In this document: positions 9,853-20,518 of the stretch, in pieces | Position numbering within the stretch: the stretch's first letter is position 1 | How the letters are laid out: the number at the start of each line of letters is the position of its first letter | Source: Glycera tridactyla | Lineage: Eukaryota | DNA length: 64,000 bases | Reading direction: 5' to 3' | NCBI GenBank assembly: GCA_965644265.1 | Contig: OZ286466.1 | Location: 24,118,001-24,182,000 of the forward strand | Position numbers and translations under genes: made by a program | Notes under the pieces: generated by a model | Told to the model about the DNA's origin: nothing | The model's input: only the letters and a program-made list of their open reading frames with translations | Database searches by the model: none

Positions 9853-12800
9853 GAAGCAGCTCCTCATCTCTCGAATGGGTTCATGAATTGTGAAAATGTT
9901 GATTTGCAATATGATGTATGTGAAAATGTGGTGATGGGATTGCATAATATTGATGTATGTAAATGTTTGGAATGTACACATCTTGCTGAGAATGAAGTTC
10001 CAATTATTTGTGAGAATATCAGTGAAACAATTGCAGGCGTGGATTCATCTTCTTTGAAACCAATGAATGATCAAACGGGCAGGCTGTATAATAATACGCA
10101 GATAGGTGGCATGGTTTGCAATGCTATTTCAAGTAGCAATCTCAAAAACATCAATTTGTATGAATATGCGCCGTCTAGCACATATCAAAAACGGGTGCCG
10201 CCACTTCCCGTAACAATCAATAGAAGCATAGCAGATGGGGGTAATTCAATTAGCGCACTCACTTTTGAAGAGAGTGACACAAACAATACGCCAGTGTCGC
10301 CACCACCTTCAAAATCGGCTCACGGCAGCGTCACAGATGCGGGTAATCCACTCAGTGAGCCCACATCAAAAGGTGTCATAAACAATAGCTCAGTGTCGCC
10401 ATCAACATCACTGTCGGCTCATGGCAGCGTGACAGATGCTGGTAATTCAGTTAGCCCACTCACTTCTAAGGGGGGCAACACAAACAACAGCTCAGTGTTG
10501 ACATCAACATCACTCTCTAATCACGGCAGCACAACAGATGCAGATAATTCAACTACCACATTCACTACAATTAAAGGTATAACAAACAAAGAGGTAGTGT
10601 CGGCATCGGCGCCACCGCGTTCTCACGACACCAGATCAAGTGAGCTGCCAATCAGCACCTCTCCTTGCATACGAGATCAAATGACGCCCGTATGTCATAA
10701 AACGGTGTCGGCGTCGGCGTCAATTACACCTCATTGCGATGTCTTGAGTGAGTCAGTGTTGATTGCAACTCACTACGCCGGCCTGAGTAAGCCAGTGACA
10801 GACACTCAGCCTTTGATAGACCGATGTCTATTGACACCAGCATATACTTCAACATCTGCCAGTACTTCAACTCAGACCACGGCATCTTACTCACCCCTTA
10901 CCTATATTAGTCAGCCACAAAATTGGGCAGTATCTCATTCGACCTTTTGGTCACCTAGTGGTAACAAGCTCCAACTAGACGAACCCCACATCTGCTGTGC
11001 TGCTATTAATCATTTCTGGAAGTCTGCTTGTGAGTATACACTATTGGAACCCCCCATTAGTAATCATGATTTCATTGTTTGTTTTGACTATATTTTTGAT
11101 GTATGTATTTTACCTGAACTACCTGCTGTTCCTGTGAATACTCAGTCATGCTGTTTCACTGCATTCAAGCCCATATTGCTGAAGGATTCATGTGAAACAC
11201 ACCAACCACAGGTTGATGCAGTACTACCTATTTTACATTTAAAAGGGAATACAATAGAGGTGGAAGCTTTTAAGGAAGTGTATAATGCATTGGTAGATAC
11301 AGGTGCATCTGTAAATTGTATCTCTGCACATCTATTTTCATCTATTTCGAACAAACATAATATACCACTACAAAGGGACTCTTCTCCTTCTTTCAAAAAC
11401 GCCTCTGGTGAATTAATGAAAAACTTGGGAAAATGTACTATCCCAATTTCTATAGATCACTTCCAGACAGTCTTACATTGCTACGTCATTGAGAACTTGC
11501 CCAAACCAATCTTTTTGGGGCTACCTTTCCTGAAGGACAATCAGGCACAATTAGATTTTTCAAATTCTACCATTGTCTTCCAGAATGGCCTTGTAGCGGC
11601 CCTATTACACCCAGATAACACGAGGCAAACACGTTTTCCATTAAAACCAGTGGATTCTATGAAAATTAGGCCTAAAACAGTGGCCAAGATCCCAGTAAGA
11701 GCTCCTTCAGGATCTTTTGATTCAATTCGGGCATATAAATATGAAGAAAAGTGGTTAATGGAAACCAACTGGGACAATAAACTCAGACAATCAATTATCA
11801 CTTTTGTCAAACCACAGTTCAGACACAAATCAGAAATAGCAGCAGAATTTGATCTTGAGACAATCTCTCAGGATAACACCTCTACAGTCACGGTTATAAA
11901 TAACTCAGACCAACTTATGTATATTGACAATTCTACAATTATAGCATACTGTGAGCCATTCAATACAGAGGATATAATGGAAGTTAATGGCATATCAGAA
12001 AAACGTCGCCAAGAAGTGATACCAGGATACAATACTCATGATCCTAAATTTGATCATATCACTAACTTGGTTTCTAGTGTCACACCAACTCAAAAGTCTA
12101 CTTCATCTTCAATATCTATACAAACTGATATTACGATTTCACCCTCTCTGGAGCATGACTGGGTGTTCACTGAACATGCAGTAGTAGAGGAATCACCACC
12201 AGAGGACATTGTTTATGAAGATTTGGTATGGTCAGATATAGCTGATTTTTCAAATTTGACTTCTGTTCAACAGTCACAATTGATACATGTGTTAGATGAA
12301 AACCGGACATGCTTTGCTGTGAATACTGAGGAAATGCGCACAGTCAATCATGTGCAGCATCAAATTAAATTACTTCCAAATGCCAAACCACATCGCCAAA
12401 GGCCATATAGATTGAATTTAGAGGGACAAAAAGAGATGGATCGTCAAATAGAAAACCTGCTTAGAGATCACGTGATCGAACCAAGCATTGAAAACACATG
12501 GTCTTGCCCAGTGTTTCTAGTCAGGAAAAAGGGCATTTCTCCCAACAGTCCTGTCAAATATAGACTTGTCTGTGATTATAGAAAGCTAAATTCACAAACT
12601 GTGCCTGAATTTCATCCTCTGCCAACATTTGAACAACTGGCAGACAACATTTCAGAAACCAAACCGTCCATATTTTCTGTGATGGATCTTACTCAGGGGT
12701 ACTATCAACTCACAGTACACCCTGCCAGCAGACACCTCACCACCTTCAACACTGGTAGAGGCACCTATCAATGGCGCAAATTGCCCTTCGGGTTAGCTGT

Positions 12801-15582
12801 AGCCCCATTTACGTTTTCTCGGGCAATGGCCATTGCCCTCAATGCTTTGGGAGACAAACCGATTTGGAATTTCCTGGATGATCTGATTGTCGCGTCGAAG
12901 AACTTCAAATCGCACTTAGATGACCTCCAAGCAGTGTTCACACAACTCCATCTCTTCGGGTTCACTCTAAATCCAAAGAAGTGTACTTTTGCCAAAGAAT
13001 CAGTCAGTTTCCTTGGTTTCATTGTCAGTAAAGAAGGTATATCTCCTGACCCCTCCAAAGTTCGAGCTATGACAGAGTTTCCAACTCCAACCAGTGTAGG
13101 TGAACTTAGGAGAGCCTTGGGGCTACTAAACTTTTACCGAAGATTCATTCCTATGTATTCTAAGAGAGCCGCCCCATTATATAAGGCTATGAAGAAGGGG
13201 GCAGCCTTTGAATGGACTTCGAAGATGGAAGAAAGTCTCAAGGATATCAGGAGTGAACTTCTCAAAAATGCAGTCCTAGCACATCCAGATATGAACCAAC
13301 CATTCATTGTCACAACAGATGCCTCCAAGGACTGTATATCACACACAATCTCTCAATTTGACAAAAATGAGACTCTCAGACCAATTTCTTTCTTCTCTCA
13401 GATGCTCAGTCGTGCCCAAGTTAAATGGCACATCAATGAGAAAGAAACATTTAGCTTGGTCATGGCATTCCGCAAAAACCGCCACCTTTTTGGTAGTTCT
13501 CCTATCTATTGTTACACAGACAACCTGACCACAAGGTATGTCCAGCAGCTGAAGAGCTCCTCTAACCCCAAAATTGTAAGGTGGGCTCTTGAATTGCAAA
13601 GATTTCCTTTTGAAATTGTTCACAAGCCAGGAGCCCAACTCAAAGTGGCTGACTGCCTCAGCAGAATCAAGCTCCCAAGCCCCAAAGCAGAAAAGACAAC
13701 CCCAAATTCACAGCAAAGCATTTTCGAGTTCGATGATGATGACAATGGTATTCTTGGTATATTTTATGATATGTTTGATGAAGAACCACGGGTGTCTGAG
13801 AAAATAGCTCAGGATCCTTGGATTGAAGACCTTCTACAGACACTACAGAAAGTTACTGTAGAGGGAAGATATGTCAGAAATTTGCATGTGGTAGGAGCTG
13901 TGTCTGAGCAGACACAAAAGGAAGGACATACTGAGTTCAGCACTCACACTCCTCCAGCTTTAACTTCCTCCACATTAGCTATTGATCAGTCTACTCAACC
14001 AAACATGTCTTCATCACACATTAGTACACAGCCAACTGAAGAAGAGTTCACTTTTGAAAATGAGGAATACCTCTTTGATGCTTGTTTAGAACATCGTTTT
14101 GAACTCAAGGATGAGCAATTAGCTGACCCACACCTTGGTCCAATTATGAGATATCTCCTGGATCAAACTCTTCCAAAATCCTCTAGAAAAGCCAAAGCTC
14201 TTTTGGCAGACATTGACCATTGGATGTTGGACGAAGATGGCATTTTGAGAAGAATTTTCAAACCCAACCGTTCTCGAAATCCCAGAGATACTATCTTCCA
14301 ATTAGCTCTTCCGCCAAGGTTCAGACATGATATCATTAAGCAATATCATGATAGTCTGGTCGGAGGCCACCAAGGTGCACCCAAGCTGGTTGCTCTCCTG
14401 AGAGAAAGATATTACTGGTCAAAAATGTATGCTGATGTTTACCAATATGTACAATCCTGTGAGTCTTGTCAAATGTCAAAACGATCCATGAACTATCAAA
14501 AAGCACCATTACAGTCAAGAGATATCCCACCATTCATGGGACGTGTTCACATGGATTGCCTTCACCTGCCAAAATCAGTTGAGGGCTTCACTGTCTTACT
14601 GGTGATTGTGGATGCTTTTTCAAAAGCAATTGAGCTTATTCCGTGCATAAACGAAACAGCTCCCACCTTGGCTCGCCAATTCTTCAGGCATTGGATTTGC
14701 AGATACAGTATCCCTCTGCAGATTACAACAGACAAGCACCCCAGTTTTATGGGTCAATTTCTCACTGAACTAACAAGATACTTGGGTATGGAAAAACTTG
14801 CCATATCAACGGCTAATCCCAAAGCCAACGGGCAGGTGGAAAGAATGAATTCCCAAATTCTCAATTCACTCCATGCTGCCACCAGAAACACAGGTCGCTC
14901 ATGGCCTGATCTCTTACCTGCCATCAGATTTTCTTATATGACGGCACCATCTCATAGTTCTCAATTCTCTCCATTTGAAATTCTTCATGGGGTCCCACCA
15001 AGGTATCCCCAGTCTTACATGTGGAATAACCCAAATTCAATTCCACCTACAACCCAGAAAACAATGGAACATTTGCTTCCAGAGTTAGCAATTTTCAGAA
15101 CAGCAGCAAAAGAAAACCTAGAAAAGGCCACCAGGGAGCATAAACGTATTTATGATCAAAAGATCATCTCAGACATGGACGAATTCCATGTGGGAGACCT
15201 GGTTTTGATTAAAGACTTCAGGCAACCAGGGACCAGTACTGACAAGTTTTCCTTGAAGTACTGGGGTCCATTTAGAGTAATTAGAAAATTTGGCCCAGTA
15301 TTGTACCAATTGATGAACACACATACATATGACATCTTGACATCACTGAGACATTTTGACCAGCTCCGCAGATACAATCCGCCAGACACAGCGAGGTTAC
15401 GCCAAATACCACCCGAGCCACTGCAGGACTTAGACCTCATTACACCACTACCCACTACACATCAACCAGTACCACCACCACACCCACCAACAACCAACAC
15501 ACCTCCACACCCCCGCCAACCAACACACCACACCACTCAACACCACCAACCTTCACACTCAACAATACCACTCCTAGAGTGA
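9853..15582 (+). CDS. pol: Pol polyprotein (PR-RT-RNase H-IN), in frame with gag after one UAG
   Basis: Protease LVDTGA (about 11296), RT DLTQGYYQ / FLDD (12871), RNase H TDAS..EKE..YTDN..ADCLSR, integrase HHCC, D-D-E and GPF motif; no stop between 9853 and the ATG at 9883. Confidence 0.96.
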   Translation, partial: EAAPHLSNGFMNCENVDLQYDVCENVVMGLHNIDVCKCLECTHLAENEVPIICENISETIAGVDSSSLKPMNDQTGRLYNNTQIGGMVCNAISSSNLKNINLYEYAPSSTYQKRVPPLPVTINRSIADGGNSISALTFEESDTNNTPVSPPPSKSAHGSVTDAGNPLSEPTSKGVINNSSVSPSTSLSAHGSVTDAGNSVSPLTSKGGNTNNSSVLTSTSLSNHGSTTDADNSTTTFTTIKGITNKEVVSASAPPRSHDTRSSELPISTSPCIRDQMTPVCHKTVSASASITPHCDVLSESVLIATHYAGLSKPVTDTQPLIDRCLLTPAYTSTSASTSTQTTASYSPLTYISQPQNWAVSHSTFWSPSGNKLQLDEPHICCAAINHFWKSACEYTLLEPPISNHDFIVCFDYIFDVCILPELPAVPVNTQSCCFTAFKPILLKDSCETHQPQVDAVLPILHLKGNTIEVEAFKEVYNALVDTGASVNCISAHLFSSISNKHNIPLQRDSSPSFKNASGELMKNLGKCTIPISIDHFQTVLHCYVIENLPKPIFLGLPFLKDNQAQLDFSNSTIVFQNGLVAALLHPDNTRQTRFPLKPVDSMKIRPKTVAKIPVRAPSGSFDSIRAYKYEEKWLMETNWDNKLRQSIITFVKPQFRHKSEIAAEFDLETISQDNTSTVTVINNSDQLMYIDNSTIIAYCEPFNTEDIMEVNGISEKRRQEVIPGYNTHDPKFDHITNLVSSVTPTQKSTSSSISIQTDITISPSLEHDWVFTEHAVVEESPPEDIVYEDLVWSDIADFSNLTSVQQSQLIHVLDENRTCFAVNTEEMRTVNHVQHQIKLLPNAKPHRQRPYRLNLEGQKEMDRQIENLLRDHVIEPSIENTWSCPVFLVRKKGISPNSPVKYRLVCDYRKLNSQTVPEFHPLPTFEQLADNISETKPSIFSVMDLTQGYYQLTVHPASRHLTTFNTGRGTYQWRKLPFGLAVAPFTFSRAMAIALNALGDKPIWNFLDDLIVASKNFKSHLDDLQAVFTQLHLFGFTLNPKKCTFAKESVSFLGFIVSKEGISPDPSKVRAMTEFPTPTSVGELRRALGLLNFYRRFIPMYSKRAAPLYKAMKKGAAFEWTSKMEESLKDIRSELLKNAVLAHPDMNQPFIVTTDASKDCISHTISQFDKNETLRPISFFSQMLSRAQVKWHINEKETFSLVMAFRKNRHLFGSSPIYCYTDNLTTRYVQQLKSSSNPKIVRWALELQRFPFEIVHKPGAQLKVADCLSRIKLPSPKAEKTTPNSQQSIFEFDDDDNGILGIFYDMFDEEPRVSEKIAQDPWIEDLLQTLQKVTVEGRYVRNLHVVGAVSEQTQKEGHTEFSTHTPPALTSSTLAIDQSTQPNMSSSHISTQPTEEEFTFENEEYLFDACLEHRFELKDEQLADPHLGPIMRYLLDQTLPKSSRKAKALLADIDHWMLDEDGILRRIFKPNRSRNPRDTIFQLALPPRFRHDIIKQYHDSLVGGHQGAPKLVALLRERYYWSKMYADVYQYVQSCESCQMSKRSMNYQKAPLQSRDIPPFMGRVHMDCLHLPKSVEGFTVLLVIVDAFSKAIELIPCINETAPTLARQFFRHWICRYSIPLQITTDKHPSFMGQFLTELTRYLGMEKLAISTANPKANGQVERMNSQILNSLHAATRNTGRSWPDLLPAIRFSYMTAPSHSSQFSPFEILHGVPPRYPQSYMWNNPNSIPPTTQKTMEHLLPELAIFRTAAKENLEKATREHKRIYDQKIISDMDEFHVGDLVLIKDFRQPGTSTDKFSLKYWGPFRVIRKFGPVLYQLMNTHTYDILTSLRHFDQLRRYNPPDTARLRQIPPEPLQDLDLITPLPTTHQPVPPPHPPTTNTPPHPRQPTHHTTQHHQPSHSTIPLLE

Positions 15583-15785
15583 TTCAAATAACGACAGGAG
15601 CCCCTAGAGCTCAAGAGATTGTTATGTTAAACAACTCCACAGAGAATGTACTAAGAATTATATCTAGTAGACAAAATGGTGCCAGGACTCAATACAAATG
15701 TAAGCTAGCAAACAGGAAAGCGCCAGTATGGCTGTTTGCACACAAGATCCACCCCAATCTTGTACGGGACTGGCATCAACGATAA
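15360..15785 (+). CDS. Chromodomain-like ORF in the -1 frame overlapping the pol tail
   Basis: VLRIISSRQNGARTQYKCKL..VWLFAHKIHPNLVRDWH resembles the chromo fold pattern (VEKIL..R....QYLVKW..TW....I.P.LV..F); frame is open from 15360. Confidence 0.55.
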   Translation, partial: PAPQIQSARHSEVTPNTTRATAGLRPHYTTTHYTSTSTTTTPTNNQHTSTPPPTNTPHHSTPPTFTLNNTTPRVIQITTGAPRAQEIVMLNNSTENVLRIISSRQNGARTQYKCKLANRKAPVWLFAHKIHPNLVRDWHQR

Positions 15786-15909
15786 ATCCTTTTTCTTGAA
15801 TTTATGTCTTCTTGTAAATAACTAAGTCATCATATTGCTTTATATTATATGTTTTATGAATGTACCGAATATTGCCTAGAGTTTATTTGTCTTATATTGT
15901 CTATGAATT

Positions 15910-16899
15910 GTGTGTCACTCCATATCTTTTGATAGGATCATCTCAAATCTCTTCTCCCAAGGCGATGACCCGGATTGCTGCAATACTAACTTGACTTTCT
16001 TTTCCCTTTTAGGTTCATACCTTCACTCCCAATTAAGGAAAAAGGGACATTTCACTTACCCTATTCCACGCTCATATGTTGTAGATCCGGACTGGACAAA
16101 ATCGACAAGGGACGGCGGCAGCATGGCATCCTCTTTCTACAGGGTATGGTGGCTATGGATTCTGTGCTGGCTATTGCAAGGTACAATTACAGAAACCCAT
16201 GCCAAATCAATTGAATGGGATGATTTAAAGGACCATCTAAGACCAGGCATTAGACTCCCAAAAATGCACCCTACCTCGGAAAGCAAAAACCCCCAGAGCC
16301 AAGGGTGGACAAACTTCACCTCCCTATCTATACTTCTGATCTTATCAATAATCACCATGATTGCAACAGTTAAAATCTGCAGGAAATGGAGCAACAGACA
16401 TATGCTTCAATTCAGTCTTGTAATCACTTCAGGAACTGAATCCATCTCCCTTGCACTCCAATCCTTACACCTGCCCCTAACTAACCTACATTTTAAAGCA
16501 AAGAACCCATTCACCAACATAGTAGTTCATAGATCGACCTGGAAAAATTCAATCACCTGGAGAGGAAGCATCATCATGGAAGACCGATTATCCAAACTTA
16601 TTGTCCCCATACCCTCTACTATTCCCATCATGCCTTGGACAGCCAAACAACTAGAAGAAATAGTAAAGAATAGATTTTCAATCGCCCTTGCAGCCAAGCA
16701 GCATGGAATAGCCTCATACATAGCCACTCTATGCCCAGACTCATGCCAAACTAAGGATTGCCAAGCCGCCTACAACTTGTCGATGTTCCATCCAGTATTT
16801 TTCAACAATGAGACCGTAGCACCCACCATAAGTATTAAAAGAGGAATTTGGCCGACCCTACCTTGCGAGGAAGATGAACCACTTCAAGACAACGAGTAA
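15910..16899 (+). CDS. ORF3: small env-like membrane protein
   Basis: Hydrophobic signal-like segment after ATG 16123 (VWWLWILCWLL), about 40-aa spacer, TM helix LSILLILSIITMIATV, then about 170-aa tail; lies between integrase and the 3' LTR. Confidence 0.7.
   Translation: MCHSISFDRIISNLFSQGDDPDCCNTNLTFFSLLGSYLHSQLRKKGHFTYPIPRSYVVDPDWTKSTRDGGSMASSFYRVWWLWILCWLLQGTITETHAKSIEWDDLKDHLRPGIRLPKMHPTSESKNPQSQGWTNFTSLSILLILSIITMIATVKICRKWSNRHMLQFSLVITSGTESISLALQSLHLPLTNLHFKAKNPFTNIVVHRSTWKNSITWRGSIIMEDRLSKLIVPIPSTIPIMPWTAKQLEEIVKNRFSIALAAKQHGIASYIATLCPDSCQTKDCQAAYNLSMFHPVFFNNETVAPTISIKRGIWPTLPCEEDEPLQDNE
15984..16013 (+). promoter_or_regulatory. Strong splice acceptor upstream of ORF3
   Basis: TACTAAC branch point (15984-15990), pyrimidine tract TTGACTTTCTTTTCCCTTTT, AG at 16011-16012. 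Confidence 0.8.
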
Positions 16900-17560
16900 A
16901 CCCACCCTACACCTCCGGCAAACGATGGCCTTCATATCGATACCAAAGTAGAGGCATCAATAACCTGGATGGCAAGGACTGGAGGACGATCCAACGACAG
17001 TTGTAGTAAACCAACAACCTACCAGCAGCAACAACACAATCAACTGACCGAAATTTACCAGCCCAGGGCTCAGTGAACGCCGCATAGTGTAATATATGTG
17101 ACTATTGTGACTATATTTACTTGTGTTTTTCTATGTCATGAACAAGAATATGGAGGTTTACAACTCCAGAAATAATTGTAGAGACAATTGAAACCCAGAT
17201 GAGGACTCGAGGTTTATACCTCCAAGACAATTAGGAACCCAGATGAGGACTCGAGGTTTATACCTCCACTACAAACCAATGCTGTTTAAAAACATACTTG
17301 CATTTTTCGATTTACTGTTTATATATGTGCATGGGTGTTGGTATTAGTTAAGATTGGTCAACAAATTCTTGTGTATTATAATTGTACAACTCATTGGCTG
17401 AGTCACTAAATTTAAAATAACTTCACCAAATTGAACAATTTTTTTTCTATCTTCTTTTTTCCCATTTCATATTTTAAAAATTTCAAAATTCAGCTCTCGA
17501 CCTATCTTAAATTCTTTTTTCATAATTTCGGGTCGAAATTTCACTACCAGGTGGCATATG

Positions 17561-17982
17561 TGTCAGGTCGGGGGCTACCAGCATCTTCTCTCTTCAACTA
17601 ACTGCGAGTTTGTGCAGTCAAGCATGAAGACCGACAGTGAGCGGCATGCTTGACTGCTGAGCGACTCTAGGCTTGACTGACTCAGCCAATGAGTAAAATT
17701 GTTACATTTGGGTGTATTTTTTTATTCATCTCGGGTTTTCTCGGGACTGCGAGAAGCGGGAAGGGATTTGGGATATATAAGGATCGATTTTTGAGCTCTT
17801 CTGCACTTGGGATTTGGGTGGCATGCTGCTGCTCTACTACAGCTGGACTAGAACTACATCTCGCAGTCCTGGGGCATTGCATATTGTTGTACTTGTCTCA
17901 TTAAAGAAGTTTCGACTGGAAGGAATCGTCTCTCTTCTATGCTTGGCATACCTCTCAGCAAGTAGGATTTATCTCCCTTACA
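17561..17982 (+). repeat. 3' LTR
   Basis: Copy of 8013-8434 (offset 9548); weak PPT-like AGGTGG just upstream. Confidence 0.97.
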
Positions 17983-18759
17983 CCTGGGTGGGATCGCCAA
18001 GCCAAGCGGAAACCAGGCTATTAACAGCGAACACACACGTAGCGTCCTATATAATGATATCAGGGTCGTCTGCCGTCTCGACCATGGGACCGGGACATAC
18101 CTACCTCGTTATGTAACACATCTCCATCGGGTATCAGTCATCATCTTGCACCAGAATGTAACCGGTGTTTTTCAGTACTATTTTCACTTTGGGATTCCCA
18201 CTCAATCTAGACATTACTATCGTCCATTTTACAGGGTCATCCGCCATGATTTGACCATGTTTGACACACATGTTCTGTAGGCTACCATTTGTAAATGGTT
18301 GGTATGAAGTCATCAGAATTAGATCAAAACTGCATAAAAAATAAGGGATATGTGTGAGAAACATTTGTTATTGCGTGAAATACTGCTAAATTCGGATATT
18401 CAAGATGATTGACAGTATGAGAACGTTTAAGAAAATATTTTATGAAAAGCGACACATGGTGGCCAAAGACAGTGCCATTATTGGGGAAACCCCTCCATGA
18501 CGTCATAACAGCTCGCAAACATGGCGCGCAGGGAATAAGTTGCCACTCGATCGATAGTTCGCTGTTTTTGGCAAGCATACGACGAATTCACACAATCTAT
18601 AACTTGGGTCATACACAACTGGATATGGAAGACTTCATTTCATCTCCAGGGCGAGTCATGGATTCGCTCGTCGGTTGGCCTGTCACTACGCACACGTATG
18701 CCGCCTCCGGCGACTGTGCATGCTATCTACTATTAACGTGTGTGGGCACGCTCCTCGTC

Positions 18760-19000
18760 GACCACCATCACTATCTGGTCTCTCTCTCGTCCTCTCTTCC
18801 TCCTGCTCTCTCTCTCGTCCTCTCTCCCTCCTGCTCTCTCTCTCTCGTCCTCTCTCCTCGCCTCTCTCTCTCGTCCTCTCTCGTCCTCTCTCTCGTCCTC
18901 TCTCGTCCTCTCTCTCTCGTCCTCTCTCTCGTCCTCTCTCTCCCTCTCTCTCTCGTCCTCTCTCTGTCTCTCCCTCTCTCTCGTCCTCTCTCTCCTTTTA
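18760..19000. repeat. (CT)n / CTCGTC compound microsatellite
   Basis: Direct reading; explains the Ser/Leu-rich spurious ORFs. Confidence 0.95.
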
Positions 19001-20286
19001 AATCACCACCACTCCACTATAAATCGACGACCATTCTTCTTTTTGAAGAAATTTCTTGTTATTTATGCTGCACATCAGATATGTTATATGTCATCATCTC
19101 TAGTTCGGGCTGGGTCATTCTGCTATTCTCACCGAGAGCGTGAGGCAATCATTTGTGTAAGCTCATGGACGGGTATCACAGGTCTGTGGTTAAACTCAAC
19201 TGAAAATTTAGATCACGATTCAGGGATTACGCAAGCGCATGACGGCCTCTGCGCACTTATGTATCGGCGGGTGACGGGGATCGCGTGATGAGGTTAGTGC
19301 ACCAAGTGTTTACATAATTACACCAACATTTTAAGATGGTTGGTTGGTTTACGTGCGTGCGTTGTTGCCAAACTGCCTCAAAAAGCGTGTGACAGCAAGA
19401 TCGACTCACGACATATTTCGCGATGTAATACATCATAATACTGATTTTTATGGTTTTCAGTATTGAGAAATTGAAAACCAAGGAGCACAAAAATTGTTTA
19501 ACAAATAGTCCCAGGCAATTGGGAATGTTTCACCGATTCAGAATTTTTTTTTTGGGGGGGGGGATAAATTGAGTAATTTTTGTGTTATGGGGGTCATAGA
19601 ATTGATGATATGATGGAATATAGCTGTCCCATCCCTTCTCTGTGTATAATACCCCCTCTCCCAGCACACATCTCCTCCATGCTCAGGCAGACATGAACAA
19701 GAATCAACAGGGGAGCTGGCTCGAGTTTCCTAGTCCCAGCTCATATCCCCGGAGAATACAGACAGCCCTTCTTAATAGCCGGAATTCCGGGTATTGCCGG
19801 AGGATCAGCAACACTGCATCATCTTCATTGCCACCACCACCACCACCATCATCATCATCATCTTCTTCTTCTTCTCCTTCTTCTTCTTCGTTTGTATCTA
19901 CTATCTCTATATATTTGATAAATCACTCCACTTTTTATGCCCACAACCGAAGGTGGGGGTGGGGGGAATACTGGGCTCAGTCTGTCCGGAAACAATTTTT
20001 GCGGCACACACTGTGTCCACTGTGTTGATGCTACACTGCCTATTTTTGGTATGTGAACTACCCATGAGGGGTAGGTGTGCATAGGCATAGACCCAACAAC
20101 TTTTAAATCACTGCCATTTGTTGTATTTTACATCCAGTTTTTGAGACAACCAAACTTCACCTGGCTCATCTGCTCTGGATTACAGTTCATGTTGGTACAA
20201 ACTGTATCTATTTCTCAGCAACATAAGCACGTAAAATGACCTTCCAGGGTCGTGGGTAGGGTGGGAGTCCAGGGTCTCTATAGAAG

Positions 20287-20518
20287 CAGTGTCCAATCTA
20301 GAAATTGACTTCGGAGGGGGAAATACCCCCTCTCTGAAAAAAGGGGCGTTTTCAGGAAAATAAGGGGCATTTTCGGAGGGAAACAGAATAGACAATACCA
20401 TTTATGAATCAATTTGGCGTTCTGATGGGGCAAAATGTGCCCCCACATCCAGAAACAAGGGGCGTCCTGTCAGGTCTATGTGAGAAATCCCCCAACGCCC
20501 CCTCTGGATTGGACACTG
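20287..20518. mobile_element. hAT-like MITE
   Basis: TIR CAGTGTCCAATCTAGA / TCTGGATTGGACACTG; flanking 6-bp duplication TAGAAG. Confidence 0.75.

Larger units (their letters stand above)
8013..17982 (+). mobile_element. Full-length Ty3/Gypsy (Metaviridae) LTR retrotransposon with an extra membrane-protein ORF
   Basis: Two 422-bp LTRs (TGTCAGG...CCTTACA), 4-bp TSD CCTG (8009-8012 and 17983-17986), domain order gag-PR-RT-RH-IN. Confidence 0.97.

Noticed and set aside
17185-17265. Hammerhead-like CAGATGAGGAC / GAAAC in the Gypsy 3' region
   Set aside because: The core is CAGAUGA, helix II has no partner, and the element order leaves no room for helix III, the NUH site or helix I.
18442-19288. 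Ser/Leu-rich ORFs of 108-233 aa
   Set aside because: Translation of a (CT)n/CTCGTC microsatellite.
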